This document shows positions 12,205 to 27,109 of a DNA stretch of 64,000 nt, one piece after another. The position numbers were made by a program, and so were the translations under genes. Below the pieces are notes generated by a model. The model was not told the origin of the DNA. It did not search any database and was given only the letters and a program-made list of their open reading frames with translations. Source of the stretch: Octopus sinensis. Its lineage: Eukaryota. The stretch lies in the NCBI RefSeq assembly GCF_006345805.1, contig NC_043018.1, positions 3,348,001 through 3,412,000 of the forward strand, read 5' to 3'. Positions within the stretch are counted from its first letter, which is position 1. Each line of letters opens with the position of its first letter.

Positions 12205-13800
12205 GAAATGAGGGGAAGAAAGCCGTTCGATGGGTCCGGGTAGAATCGGTGCAACGTGACAACAAAGCCACAACTCGGTCTTTGATGGGACGGGTTGGGC
12301 ATACGCAACACGAATCTACGCAGATGTGTACGGAATTTCAGCGGCACTTCGCCGAACTATTCGGGGCGCGCGGTGTGTCGAGGGTGGAGGTGGATTTCAC
12401 CTCCTACCTCGACGGCATGCCGTTCCTTTTGGCCAACGATACGGAGTTCTGAAAAATGTCGATAACAGCCGAAGACATACGGGATGCAATGATGAGCTGA
12501 ACAAGGGAGAAGACACTGGGCTGGATGGTCTGCCCTTCGAACGTTATCAACGTATGCTTGAAGTCTACCACAACTGGCAGCAGAATGGGAGAGTACCCAG
12601 TGCTGTAAGCCGTAGCATGGTGGTCCTGTCGAGAAAGGACACGAAAAAGGGAGACCAAATAGATAATTTCAGTCTCATAATTCCGCTGGACGCAGATTAT
12701 AAGATTTTGGCCAAGGTCTTAGCCAAGAGGATGGCGCTATTTGTCGATAAGGTGGTCGGTGATACACAGACATGCGCTATCCCGAAATGATATATCAACC
12801 TCTATTTCACGCGCTACATCATAGAGAAGCTAGTGAAGGAACCTGGCATGGGTGGGACCCTGATCAATTTGTATCAATCGAAAACATTTGACAGGGTTGA
12901 CCATCAATATTTGGAGGCTGTCATGGCGGCAGCCGGCTTCGGTCCCGTTCGCAGAGGTCGGGTCGCTGCAATGTGCCGTGACATCTGTTCGGTGGTCAAA
13001 GTAAACGGCCACCTATCGTAATCGTTTAGCATCGCTCGTTCGGTTCGTTAAGGATGTCCATTCTCAAAGATGTACAGGCGGCGATCTGGTAGAAGCGTTA
13101 GCACGCCGGGCGACATGCTTAGTGGTATTTCGTCTGCCGTTACGTTCTGGGTTCAAATTCCGGCCAGGTCGACTTTGCCTTTCATCCTTTCGGAGTCGAT
13201 AAATTAAGTACCAGTTATACACTGGGCTCGAGGTAATCGACTTAATCATTTTGTTTGTCCTTGTTTGTCCCCTCTATGTTTACCCCCTATGGACAATAAA
13301 TAAATAAGGATGTCCATTCTCTCCTCTTCTATACGTGCTAGCTCTCGAGCCATTACTGAGAAATTACTGAGTTGGATACTTCGAGGGGCATGCCGCGTGA
13401 TCTAGGATGCGGAAGGTCCGCCGGCATATACGGATGACGTCACCGTAATAGTGTCGGTCAGCTCGGAAATCGAGGTGATCGGCACTACCTTAAGGGTGTA
13501 CAAAGCGGTGAAAAGAGCGAAAATGAATCGGGACAATCGGTGGGCCTGCAGCTTGGCACCTGGAGAGGCAGGTCCATGCCAACCGGCAGCGTTGTAGGGC
13601 GGTGCACGGAAGGACCGGTTAATTGCTCGGGGTCTGGTTTAGTCCGGACCTCAAGGGGGACAAGAATTTGGGGGAGGTGACGAGCAGAGTAGTCAATCTC
13701 ACCCAGAAATAGTCAAAGAGGAAAAGCTGTCCTTGAAAGGTTGGATGGAAGTGGCGAATGCGTACATTGCTTCCGTCACCTATACCTTCAAGACAGAGGA
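12205..13800 (+). pseudogene. Tx1/L1-clade LINE RT fragment, interrupted by a SINE
   Basis: GLDGLPFE, DYKILAKVLAKR, KTFDRVDHQYL, GFG, VKVNGHLS, GCPFSPLLYVLALEPLLR, HTDDVTV, KLLGVWF. Confidence 0.9.
13066..13304 (+). mobile_element. SINE family 1 with 17-bp TSD
   Basis: TSD taaggatgtccattctc at 13049-13065 and 13305-13321; splits the RT QGCP.SP motif. Confidence 0.9.
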
Positions 13801-13859
13801 CTCGCCAGCTCATTAGAAATATTGCTCCTCATTTTTTAGACTAAATTATTTTTATTATG

Positions 13860-14406
13860 GAGTGAGAGAGCGCAACGCATGCTTCAAGTTGATGCTGGGG
13901 TACAAATATACATAGCCCAAAATACCCACCATGACTACCGTCTCAAAAGGATACACCAGGCACAAGCATCACAACCATAAGTGCGCAGCATGGTGATTTC
14001 ATATCAGGGTAAACAGCGTATGACCTTGCAGGTGGAGCCAAGCTAGAATTTTCTTCATGTCGTGTAGCCAGTCCCGCAAAAAAGAGACCCGAATAAAAAT
14101 TCCTTAAGGAAAATGAACGAAACACCCACGTTTCTAAAGGCGAATTACTCAAACATGGAAGAATTCATCTCAATACATGGCTATGATATTCCCCCAGTAC
14201 TCTTGCTCGTGTGCAGAGATGCACGTATCGTCAACCACTGAGGGACGTGCTCAACGGGTTATGGTCAAGCAACTGATAAGCAAATCTGTGGTATTGAGCA
14301 GAATATTTGCTGTAGCCCATCTTTTATACCAAGACAAAACATGTACATGTTAACACTTCCAATAAGTTAAAATCAAATGCCACGAGAACCACTGCATCAG
14401 GGCATT
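13860..14406. mobile_element. ~560-bp (ATT)n-associated repeat, copy 2
   Basis: Collinear with 11000-11556; ends gggcatttattattatt. Confidence 0.8.
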
Positions 14407-14634
14407 TATTATTATTATTATTCTAATTATATTACATGTAATATAGCATTGATGTAAACAGGCGCTGAATTCGTAATGGAAGAGTGTGAAGTTTTGATTT
14501 CTCTATTCTATTTATTATCTTTCACGTGCATGAATAATGTCTTACGGAAAGACGTGGATAACGTGAAGTTATTTACCGTTTAATTAGATAATTAATTAAT
14601 TACTAATCAGGTTAGATAGACTATATACGTATAT

Positions 14635-14676
<42 letters not shown>

Positions 14677-14715
14677 GTATGTATGTATATATATTTATAT
14701 ACATGTATATATACA

Positions 14716-14752
<37 letters not shown>

Positions 14753-15409
14753 GAATATATATATATGTATATATATATATATTTATATGTATATATATGT
14801 ATATATAGAGTGAGAGAGAGAGGGGAGATAGATAGATTGATAGATAGATAGATAGATATGAATGTATGTGAACACACCCACACATGTATGTATGTATATG
14901 TACATATATACGTATATACGCATGTACATATGTACTCATGCATGTATATATAGAGAGAGAGAGAGATGTATATGCACTACAAAGAATAACGGCGTGCAAG
15001 ATATTTATGTGAGAAAGTTTAATTAAATACCTAAATTTATAACAACAATAATAATAATAAATCATAATTAATTTATAATAAATTGGAAAAAATGACATTG
15101 TAGTCGTGAACACTTTAGTAATCTTATTAAGCCTTTAATTATAATCATGTTGGAAAATAATTAAGTGGTTGAATATATTTACTTATGTAGATTATAATTA
15201 TGAAATAACCTAATCTAATCTAATTGTTTCAAAATTACCATAAAATTAATCCAATCAGCTACTAGCATGTAGTAGTTTCCTTGTTATGATATAGATATCA
15301 CAGTTTGTTGCCCTTAAGAAATTCTTCAGTGTCACAACTTTTCAAAATTTCTCCACATTCACAGGCGGGCATTTTAGCTGTTGCTCAATACCTGTCCTCT
15401 TGCAAAATT

Positions 15410-15519
15410 GTTAGAAATCTGTTCGGGGGTTCAATCCCTCTACCTGGCACCATAGGCAAGTGTCTTCTACTATAGCCTTGTGAGTGGATTTGGTAGACGG
15501 AAACTGAAAGAAGCCCGTC

Positions 15520-15561
<42 letters not shown>

Positions 15562-15836
15562 GAATATATATATATGTATATGTATATATGTATATATATA
15601 TGTTATATATATATATATATATATGTATTTTTGTGTTCGAGTTTGTACTTCCCGCCATCGCTTGACAACCGATGCTGGTATGTTTATGTCCCCCGTAACG
15701 TAGCGGTTCGGCAAAAGAGACCGATCCAATAAGTACTAGACTTACAAGGGATAAGTCCTGAAGTCGATTTGTACAACTAAATGCGCTGCACCAGCATGGT
15801 CGCAGTCAGATGACTGAAACAAGTAAAAGAAAAAAA
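15410..15836 (+). mobile_element. SINE family 2 with internal (TA)n
   Basis: ggcaagtgtcttctac core, gacaaccgatgctgg, tgactgaaacaagtaaaag tail. Confidence 0.85.
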
Positions 15837-16759
15837 TGCGAACTGGATTCCGCTCAGCCGATTAATCCCTGTCCCCAAAATTGCTGGACTTGCGCCTAAA
15901 TAAAAGAAAATCACTTGTTAGGGGAAGGGAGATGGCGGAATCTTGAGTGAGTAATGCTTCTGAAGAATTTGTTCAGTCTCTTTACATTGTGAGTTCGAAT
16001 CTGCCCAAGGTCAACTTTCCTTTTCAGGGTCTACAAAATAAATACCAGGATCAAATGAATCAACCCCCACCTCTTTTGCGTAACCTGATCAACTATAGTT
16101 GCAATATTTTTGCAAATCAAATTAAATTGTTTCTCATTATAATTTCATAATTTCTCAAATTAATAGAGACTGCTCATAGTCACTGAGTATAACGTTTAGT
16201 ATATAATTTTAGTATATAATTTTGTCTTCTTCCCGCTCTCAGCTTCAGATCGACCCAGTTTCAATTAATCTTTCCGTCACAAAACATGAGCACACATTAT
16301 ATCATAGTGGAGTACATTTAATCGACAACATCTATAATCAATAACTATAATTCCTCCGCATACTTAGGGAAAGTACAAGCCGTTCATGTCACAACTATGG
16401 ATATGTTTCGGTTTATTACGCCTCCTCAGTTACAATCTGACAAATTCATTATAGCTTTCTTCTCGAGTTACCACCATGTCAGTTTGTTAAATTCTTGACG
16501 TTGTTGTTGTTAGTTCCACATCATCTCTGAACGAACAGAGCCATGATTAAAAATCTTTCCATCCATGACCCATCTACTACATTTGCGTATATCATTTGAG
16601 TTTGTGTCTTCTTTAATATGGTGGGATGAAATTTGAGGGAAATTATTTCTAGCAGATAAGTAGACCGTGTAAAATGATTGCTGGGTATCTTTTCGTGATA
16701 TTATCCAAAAGTCTAATCGATTCAAGTAAAACAAAATCACTTCCAGACTTCTTCAAAAG

Positions 16760-17340
16760 TACCAAAATCATGTCATTGGCTCTTAAAATAGATTCATGTT
16801 CTATACAAAGAATCATATTCAAAAATTGTTTATTGGATCAGTTCATATAAAGAAAGAACCGCCAGATGTAAGAATAGTATACAAAGAAAAGTAAAAGAAC
16901 TGAATGATTTCATTCAAAAGATTTCATCAGCCTTATGAAAAATAATATAAATGTTGCTTCATTTTATTTATTTCTTTTGTTTCTTTTTGTAACTGCATCA
17001 AAACCAGAAAATTTGAAATGTCAGAACAACTTGGATACTGTCTACCAGATTCAGCTGATTCTATATGTTGTTTCTAAAAGAACAAGGAAAATTATGAAGA
17101 AAATTATAAGAATTATTATGGATCGATTTTCGATTTCCCATAAGTGTTTCGTTTGCTACAGCTAGACAACTCAGGATATTTATTTTTGATTTATTACACC
17201 AATTGTTTGAAGAAATCTAATGAATTTCTGTTTTTAGATTTCCATTCAACCTAAAATTAATTAGTTGTTCCACAGTTATGAAAGGGGGATGGTTTATTTC
17301 ATAGTTGCCTTTCGAAGGTTGCTTGCATTTATTCACATTG
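16760..17340 (+). pseudogene. Possible piggyBac-like transposase C-terminal remnant
   Basis: KPENL...QIQLILYVVSKRTRKIMKKIIRIIMD resembles piggyBac KP..DYN..GGVD..DQ...Y...RK..KW.KK.F..LLD; downstream IIFDLLHQLFEE; heavily decayed. Confidence 0.4.
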
Positions 17341-17639
17341 TTAACATTATCACCTTTACCTTGAACAAAGTAAATAAGAATGCTATAATTTAAGATATCA
17401 GTGAGATATAGAATCACAGTAATAGAGATCTGTACAATGGCTTCCGTTTTCTTTTTTTTTTTTTCCTAGAATAATTGTACATCAACTCTGAGTAATACAA
17501 TTTTTAAAGTCAGTCTGCTGCGAGATAGCCAGTGATATCCTCTGTAAAGTTTACCGGTAGCGAATACTTAACGCATCAGTGTCGTTTAAGCGTCAGAAGC
17601 TACTGTTTATCTCTCGTGAAAAATTTCTCTAAAGACATA

Positions 17640-18017
17640 TACTCTTTTTCTACTCTCCTTTACTTGTTTCAGTCATTTGACTGCGGCCATGCTGGAGCAC
17701 CGCCTTTAGTCGAGCAAATCGACCCCGGGACTTATTCTTTGTAAGCCCAGTACTTATTCTATCGGTCTCTTTTGCCGAACCGCTAAGTGACAGAGACGTA
17801 AACACACCAGCATCGGTTGTCAAGCAATGCTAGGGGGACAAACACAGACACACAAACACACACATACATATACATATATATACATATATACGACAGGCTT
17901 CTTTCAGTTTCCCGAGGCTATAGTAGAAGACACTTGCCCAAGGTGCCACGCAGTGGGACTGAACCCGGAACCATGCGGTTGGTAAACAAGCTACTTACCA
18001 CACAGCCACTCCTGCGC
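17640..18017 (-). mobile_element. SINE family 2
   Basis: Near-identical to the 5607 copy, with an internal deletion; 17-bp head duplication agccactcctgcgctat. Confidence 0.9.
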
Positions 18018-18261
18018 TATAGCCACTCCTGCGCTATATAATGGTAAAAAAGAAGAAAAAACTACAATAAACTGTGAAATACGTATCTGCCGTTCTCGTG
18101 AACACTTCTAGGAAGATTTGGTCTCGCCTAGCTGTGGAGAATTCAGTGTTCTCTTTAACACCATATATCTTTTAAAAGTATTTTCCCGGACAATAAACTG
18201 TAATTTCTGGCATTTAAACAATATACGCATGTTAAGCATGTGGTATTGGTAACGCTCAGTG

Positions 18262-18515
18262 AGCTTGCCTGGCCTAGTGGCTAAGGCGATCTGTTCACGA
18301 TCGCGATATCGTAGTTTCAATTCCTATACCGAGTGGTGCGTTGTTTTCTTGAACAAAACACTTGATCTCGTGTTTATTCTGTCATCGCTCCGACACCTGA
18401 CGTGTGGTACAGTGTGCACCTGTACAGGCAACGTCAATTCAATGGAGCGAGCAAACTAATGTACAGCAAATACATTTCATCAACATAAATCATTTGTGCC
18501 GGTCATTCAGCACGG
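18262..18515 (+). mobile_element. tRNA-derived SINE family 3 (CORE-like)
   Basis: tggcctagtggctaagg A-box-like head; gttgttttcttgaacaaaacactt core as at 49015 and 43690. Confidence 0.6.
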
Positions 18516-18537
18516 CGTTGCCTTCATCTCACTACAG

Positions 18538-18555
18538 GAGAGACAACCATTAATG
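18538..18555 (+). CDS. Possible 18-nt micro-exon
   Basis: ccttcatctcactacag|GAGAGACAACCATTAATG|gtaatg; phase 0 gives ERQPLM, phase 1 gives ETTIN. Confidence 0.25.
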
Positions 18556-18739
18556 GTAATGTTTACATTATAGAAGGGCTTTTATTGCACAATTGGAATT
18601 TATTCTGTATGAAGATGTTTATATTAAATGCATTTAATAAAATGTACCTGAAAGAAAATAATAATCAAAACTAAACCTGTTTATCACGTTCGATTCTATA
18701 AGTTTAAATACTCGTAATTATATGATATTTGTTTTAGAA

Positions 18740-18970
18740 GGCGGCAAGCTGGCAGAAACGTTAGCACGCCGGGCGAAATGCGTAGCCGTATTTTGTCTGT
18801 CGTTACGTTCTGATTTCAAATTCCGCCGAGGTCGACCTTGCCTTTCATCCTTTCGGGGTCGATAAATAAAGTACCAGTTTCACACTGGGGTCGATGTAAT
18901 CGACTCAATCCTTTTGTCTGTCCTTGTTTGTCCCCTCTGTGTTTAGCCCCTTGTGGGTAGTAAAGAAATA
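18740..18970 (+). mobile_element. SINE family 1, full length
   Basis: Complete copy; probable TSD atatttgtttta (18725-18736 and 18975-18986). Confidence 0.9.
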
Positions 18971-19647
18971 TGTAATATTTGTTTTAAGTTCGGATTTACT
19001 TACACCAATAGTCTAAACCATAATTCAAATATATGTGAAAATAAGCTAAATTGAAATATATCTTGATTTCTCTTCGTCGGTGAAGTTTTAGGTGCTACCG
19101 TCATAACAGAAAGAGTGTCACTGGCATTTAAGTGTCGGAGATTGTTCCTTTTCAGGTCGATCCACAGTTGTTCTCTCTGAGAGAAATGATCGAGAATATC
19201 TACCAACACCATTGCTAATTCATTTATCGACCCAGAAAGGATACACGACACATTTCCCATCTGTGGTATTTGAACACGGGGCACAAGCATTCAGTTTAGA
19301 TCTCATGTTTGTTTTTGTAGTTGCAAAATAAATCGACAAAGAATTCGTTTATATTTTGCCAAAAAGAAAAATGAACAGTAAAACTTTTTTGACGTTTTTA
19401 AAATGAAATAAATAAGCAAGTGATTAGAATATTTTTCAAGACTTGTAGCTTTGTAATTTTATTTTTAAAAAATAATTTTGATATCATTGCAGACATTAAT
19501 CTTCACCTCACCCACGTGAATTACTTTGTGTAACCTTGTGAATTACCTCACACATCCTCAGTTCTGCACGCATCTTTGTAAGTTTCTGATATTTATTCAT
19601 AATAAAATATTTATAATATTTTTTTTTAAATAACACATTTCTATATA

Positions 19648-19726
<79 letters not shown>

Positions 19727-21091
19727 ATGAAAAAGTGTTAATATAATATATTTTATCAATTTATAATCAATTGATTCTTAGGTTTAAAATGTTATGAACG
19801 GTTGAAAATATGAAAAACAAATTCTTTTTTATACCCTGGCTGAAAGTAATATTAGTACTACATTATTTATCGTTTATATTTATTTTACATATGAAATATA
19901 AATGTACATTCAGCAGCGTTTTACAGATATATATATATATATATATTACTCTCTGAATTTTTCACACTTCACTTGACATAAATTTGTATATAAAATATAG
20001 TTTTGCTCTCATAACCTTTCAAAGAAAAAGACGTCAACTGTTAATATTCTAACAACAAAAAAAACTGGAATAACGTCACATTTATGTAACAAAATAAAAT
20101 GAAAAATTATTCGGTAAAAATATCATTACAAGTATTAAGCAATAAAAGCTCCTCTTCGTTTAATGATTAAATACACACGAGTGAGACTGACACATGACTG
20201 TCGCTGGCACATGACTGAGGATCTGAAAATATATTTCTCTCTCGTATGCAAAATCCATAAAAAGCACATTTTTACTTTCACCCGTTTACGAGTAAATTAC
20301 TTTTGGTCTAAGGTTGCGAATTGGTAGAATCTTCCGATCATTAAAAAACAAAAAGCCATCCACTATTTTTCTCAGCGCTCTCAGTTCGAACACAGTCGAG
20401 GGAAACTTTGTCTTTCATTTCTTTCAGATTCGATTTTTAAAAATTACCACTCTCGAGAGCAGTTGATCGGTGGGAACGCTTCTGCATTGTACTGGATCCA
20501 TTTCTTGTATATCTATTTTGGTTCAGTTTATTCTGAGTTCAAATCCCATCTGTCACCAAATAAATAGATAAATAGATAAATAAGCTGTTACACTTTTGTC
20601 ATAATCTGGGGTCGATAGATATTAGTTTCAAATTTTGGCACAGGGACAGCAATTTGTGAGGAGCGGTAAATCGAGTACACTGATCCCTGTGCTCATCTAG
20701 TACTTACTTTATCGAGCCGATAAAAGGCAAAGTCAACCCCGGCGGAATTTGAACTCAGAACGTGAACACGGACGAAACGTGGTTAGGCATTTTGTTCGGC
20801 GTGGTAACGATTCTACCAGCACGCCGCCTACGGGGCCGATAAATATTATCAATTTGAAAGACCAGTGGAAACAGGGTTTTTTTCGTTCGATCAGCCGATT
20901 CAAAACAACAACGCCGCCATCTCTGTCCGCCAATCCTTCAAGTAAAAGAATCATTCGTTGCTTCGACGTCTACAAAGTCGCTGCTGCTTAGAACCAGCTA
21001 AACCCTGATCTAACAAACACAAACACATACACCCCTCTCTCTCTCTCTCTCTGTGTCTCTCTCTGTGTCTCTCTCTGTCTCTCTCTCACTT

Positions 21092-21123
<32 letters not shown>

Positions 21124-21169
21124 AATATATATATATAGACATACATACACATACATCTAAATACACACA

Positions 21170-21405
21170 TGTCTATCTACATATATATATGTATATATAT
21201 ATACATACTTACCTACCTACCTACATACATACATACATACATACATACATACATACATACATACATACATACATACATACATACATACATACATACATAC
21301 ATACCTACCTACATACATACATACATACATACATACATACATACATACATACATACATACATACATACATACATACATACATACATACATACCTACCTAC
21401 ATACA

Positions 21406-21435
<30 letters not shown>
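21170..21435. repeat. (TACA)n microsatellite
   Basis: Directly visible. Confidence 0.95.
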
Positions 21436-21438
<3 letters not shown>

Positions 21439-21627
21439 GTAGTAAGAAGACGGATATGAATATTTCGGCACATAACGTATTACTCCATGTAAAGTGCCAA
21501 GGCCGAATGAGAGGGCTAATTATCCCCATAAGGGATTATTATATCCAAAATATCACTGGTTTAATCGCTAACACCATTGAGGAAAATCTCTTCGATGTGT
21601 ATGGGATTTATTATAAGTATAAATATG

Positions 21628-21895
21628 ATTAAAGAAGAAGAATGGGGATTTGGTAAGGATGTAAAATTAATTTAACATATTGCCAAAATAAATACAAAAT
21701 AAGTCAAATATAGCTTACGTACGTTTCAATTCAGTTCAATTCAAAGGTTGGATTTATTCCAAACTTTGATATGCAATTATTTAATGGACTGAACTGAAAC
21801 GTACGTAGGCTTTATTTGACTTATTCTGTATTTATTTTGGCAGTATGTTAAATTAATTTTACATCCTTACCAACTCTCCATTCCTCTTCTTTAAT
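21628..21895. mobile_element. Foldback/MITE-like inverted repeat (~110-bp arms)
   Basis: Left arm attaaagaagaagaatgg...ttcagttc is the reverse complement of the right arm (about 9 mismatches by eye); inner stem tcaaag/ctttga. Confidence 0.85.
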
Positions 21896-22930
21896 TATAA
21901 TTATATATATATATATATATATATATACAAAATATAGAGGGGATTAATTCACAGGTGATCTTAACGACTAGGTACGCTGGGTAAATGCTGCAACGGATTA
22001 CCAGGGCTCCAAGTTCATAGCCGAGACGGGAGTTATGGAACCATTGTAGATTTCCGATATAACGGCTATATATTTGTTAACATGGACAGCAAACGCCAAG
22101 GGAAGACAAATATCTCAAGTTATATACGTTATAATTATTCGGAAAATTTAAAGTCTTACAGCTGTTTCTGGGATATGCCACAATATGGAACATCCCGTTA
22201 TCGCAGACAAATGGGGAAAATGTAAACGGAACAGGTTAAAGAAACGATGTAATAAAAGGCTGGAAAATAAAGAAATAAAGAAATGAAGAAAAAAGAAGCA
22301 TAAAAATTCACAGTTCAACTTCACTTCAACGTGAAGGAAAGCATACAAACACAATAATCAGACGTATATTGATGCCTAGTAGAGACAGAAAGACATGGAG
22401 AGAACTCATAGACCATAAAGCTCTTTTCTTCCTGATTAGTGTGGCGGGGAGGACGAAGATAAAAGCGAACGTGTTAAAAGACAATAAGACTTTTTTTGAG
22501 TAAGAACTATATCTCGAAAGTTCACTTGGTCTGGGGATGCGACAATCGTGCTGCGAAGCAGTTTGTTCAGCGTGTTTGATGATTAGATACATAATACACG
22601 TATCAGAATGATGTGAGTGGAAATAGGGCCGGCTCTTTGCTCGTTTCCTAGAGCACATGCCTTAGCTCTGACAATGCATACATCATGCTTAGCGTCGAAG
22701 AATTGGTCCAGAGCAATTCTCGCCGCCAGCACGTCTGTAGCGGTGACCTTCCTAAATGCCCCCTTCTGATTTTCCACCTCAGTACCCCCTTGTTTTATTT
22801 CTTTCTATCGCTAACGCCTTACAAAATCTAATCGATTCTACTCTAGATAGATAAACAGAGTGAGGAGAGTGAAATTCGCTTTTTCAGAGGTAATCTTTCA
22901 CAAGAAAACAGCAAGTAATTGGATTTCTTG

Positions 22931-22960
22931 AGATAGATAGATAGATAGATAGATAGATAG

Positions 22961-22995
<35 letters not shown>

Positions 22996-23007
22996 GTAGG
23001 TAGGTAG

Positions 23008-23082
<75 letters not shown>
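22931..23082. repeat. (GATA)n(GA)n microsatellite
   Basis: Directly visible. Confidence 0.95.
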
Positions 23083-23087
<5 letters not shown>

Positions 23088-23851
23088 TTAAAATTTTGAT
23101 TACATTTTCCATTGTATAGACAGCTTGGTTGTCTAAGCTCTGAGTATAAATTGATTCCACTCAGGGATGACTTTATTAAATTTCAATATTTCCCACCCTG
23201 TGTGGGAGATAAACTAAATCGCTTTTTCATTCATAATATCGCTTTCTTGCGAAAAATTATCTCCATTTCTAGTAGCTTATATTGTTGTAGATTTTAATTC
23301 TTTATTGAAGACGTGTCACATTTCCAGATTTTATCACTAGAAAAAAAATAAAATAGAGCGGAAAAAGAATTAGTCTAAAGATGTTTTCTAAAAGATTCTG
23401 AAACCATTAAAAGTGAACTAAGAAAATATTAAACTAAATGAAAAAGAGAACAAAAACACACGAAAAAATAAAGATTATATAGTAGGATAAGTGTAGATTT
23501 TCTTAACAAACAAACCAAAATAAAAAAAAATAGTTAAAATGTCATATGTGTGTGTGTGTGTGTGTATATATATATGTACATATATATGCATAAATAGATA
23601 ATATATATTTATTCAATATACATTTATACAGATTATATATAGATGTATATATAAATGTGTGTATGTATATATGTGCGTGTGAGTGTGTGTGTATCGACGT
23701 ACATCTATGTTTATCACATATATATATATATATACATATACATCTACGTATGTATGTGTGTATATATATGTGTGTATATGTATACATATATATATATGGG
23801 TATATTTAAATGTGTGTGTTAGAGCGTATGTGGTGTATGTATGTGTATATG

Positions 23852-23894
<43 letters not shown>

Positions 23895-23919
23895 TATATA
23901 TATATAGATATATACATAC

Positions 23920-23954
<35 letters not shown>

Positions 23955-24191
23955 AGACAGACAATTTTCTTTAATTCTAATTTTAATTTCATACAGTTCT
24001 TTACAATTGTTCAACTGAAAATTACAATGATATCAGTTGTAAATTAAATATATAATAAAAGCCAAATTAGATAATGGTTTAACCAAAACAAGTTTCATTT
24101 TCGACACTTAAATTATTGCGTATGGAAAGTGTTAATTTTTAGTATTGATAAGACAGAAAATAATAATTCCTTTTAACTCTATATGCATCTA

Positions 24192-24253
<62 letters not shown>

Positions 24254-24964
24254 GGCATATTTACACAAGAACACACACATGCGTACTTATGTACAGATAT
24301 ATGTATGCATGTATGTATCAATATATGTGTGTGTGTATATATATATGTAATTATATATGAGCATATATGCGTATGTATATATGTAAGTCCATATATGAAT
24401 ATATATATGTGTGGTTGTGTGTGTGTGTGTATACATACGTATACATATACATATTCATAACTGTGCTTACGTGTCCGTCTGCATCGTTACCTTAATGTGA
24501 GTGTCTGTGTGTAGATGTGTGTGATTGCAGGTGTGTAGGTATATTGACGAGTATTTATGTACATATTTTAGATGTGCTTATGACAAAATTTCACGCTTAA
24601 TACTGAAATATGTTTTTGCTGGGTTTTTTGTTTTTGTTTTGTTTTGTTTTTTTTTTAGTAATGAATCGATATGGGTAAAAACATGAATATAATTGAAATA
24701 AATCTATTTACTTCATTGCAAAACGACTATAAAATATCAGATTAAAAAACTACATACATATATATAACTACACATATACATCTGCATATATATATATATA
24801 TAAAACGACGTAGTTTTCTTTTCTTTTTATTCTTTCTATTGTATTTTGCTAGATTTTTTAAATGACAGTCGCACAATGGGTCTGCACAGTTGTATTAGCA
24901 GAATATTTACAATGTAATTTATGATATTTGGTATATACATAATATCTATTTTTTTATAAATCTA

Positions 24965-25850
<886 letters not shown>

Positions 25851-26361
25851 ATTTCCTCGTCTGCACTTGTTTTACCTAAGAGAACCTACTTTATATCAAA
25901 TTTCTGTAAAATTCAATATCGATCTATTTCCACTAATGAGAATACTAATTATCAATTATCTTAGCATATTTTTCATTTAGTCTTGAAATTGGTCCTGAAT
26001 TTATTACCGATACCCATTCTGTCTTTTATGATTGGCAACATGGTATTCAGAAACCTGAGTAACCTTTATACGTTTAGTTAACCTCTCCTATGTGTGAAGT
26101 TATGTTTTTTGTTCGTTTTAATCTTTCCGAGTGCAATTTTGATTGGCAATTTCATAATGACGGTGACTTGATTTCTTCTGATGTGCGTTTGCCTTCCAAT
26201 GTAATTTACCATGTGCTGCAGCCAGGAATTGAAATTTGATCTTTGTGTTAGCGTACACAGTGCCGTATATTTATTGAGATGCAAGAGCTTGTAAATGTTT
26301 TTCAATATTGATCTTTGACATAATAATGTAGATAAGCGATAGTGTCTGGCGGGCGAGGATA

Positions 26362-26768
26362 TACTCTTTTATTCTCTTTTACTCTTTAGCTTGTTTCAGT
26401 CATTTGACTGCGGCCATGCTGGAGCATCGCCTTTAGTCGAGCAACTCGACCCCAGGACTTATTCTTTGTAAGCCTAGTACTTATTCTATCGGTCTCTTTT
26501 GCCGAACCGCTAAGTGACGGGGACCTAAACACACCAGCATCGGTTGTCAAGCAATGCTAGGGGGACAAACACAGACACACAAACATACATGCACATACAC
26601 ATATATACATATATACGACGGGCTTCTTTCAGTTTCCATCTACCAAATCCACTCACAAACCCGAGGCTATAGTAGAAGACACTTGCCCAAGGTGCCACGC
26701 AGTGGGACTGAACCCCGAACCATGTGGTTGGTAAGCAAGCTACTTACCACACAGCCACTCCTGCGCCT
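26362..26768 (-). mobile_element. SINE family 2
   Basis: Complete copy homologous to 5607 and 17640. Confidence 0.9.
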
Positions 26769-27109
26769 ATATATTTGCTTTTAGTTAATCGTTCAGTCAT
26801 TCATTATTCTAAGTTCTTTCCGCGGTCAGCTCTGCTTTTCCTCCGTTTGGAGTTGATAAATGAAGTACCGGTCTTGTACTGGAGTCAATTATTCTCTTTC
26901 TTTCTGTCTGTGTGATTCTCATTCTGAAAGAATTCGGCTTTTGTCAGACCTAAGTAGAGATGCACTCCACCAGTCCTAAAAAAACAAAGACAAAAGAAAC
27001 AAGATGTGTTGTATTTGACGGCGACGTCCTTGTGACTCCATCAAAGTGTTGAAAACCCACATCAAAGACAGGCAGTGATCCATATCGATTGAAATACATA
27101 ACTGGGGAC

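Noticed and set aside
22583-22777. Protein-looking minus ORF (KGAFRKVTATDVLAARIALDQFF)
   Set aside because: No splice sites or motif that I can support
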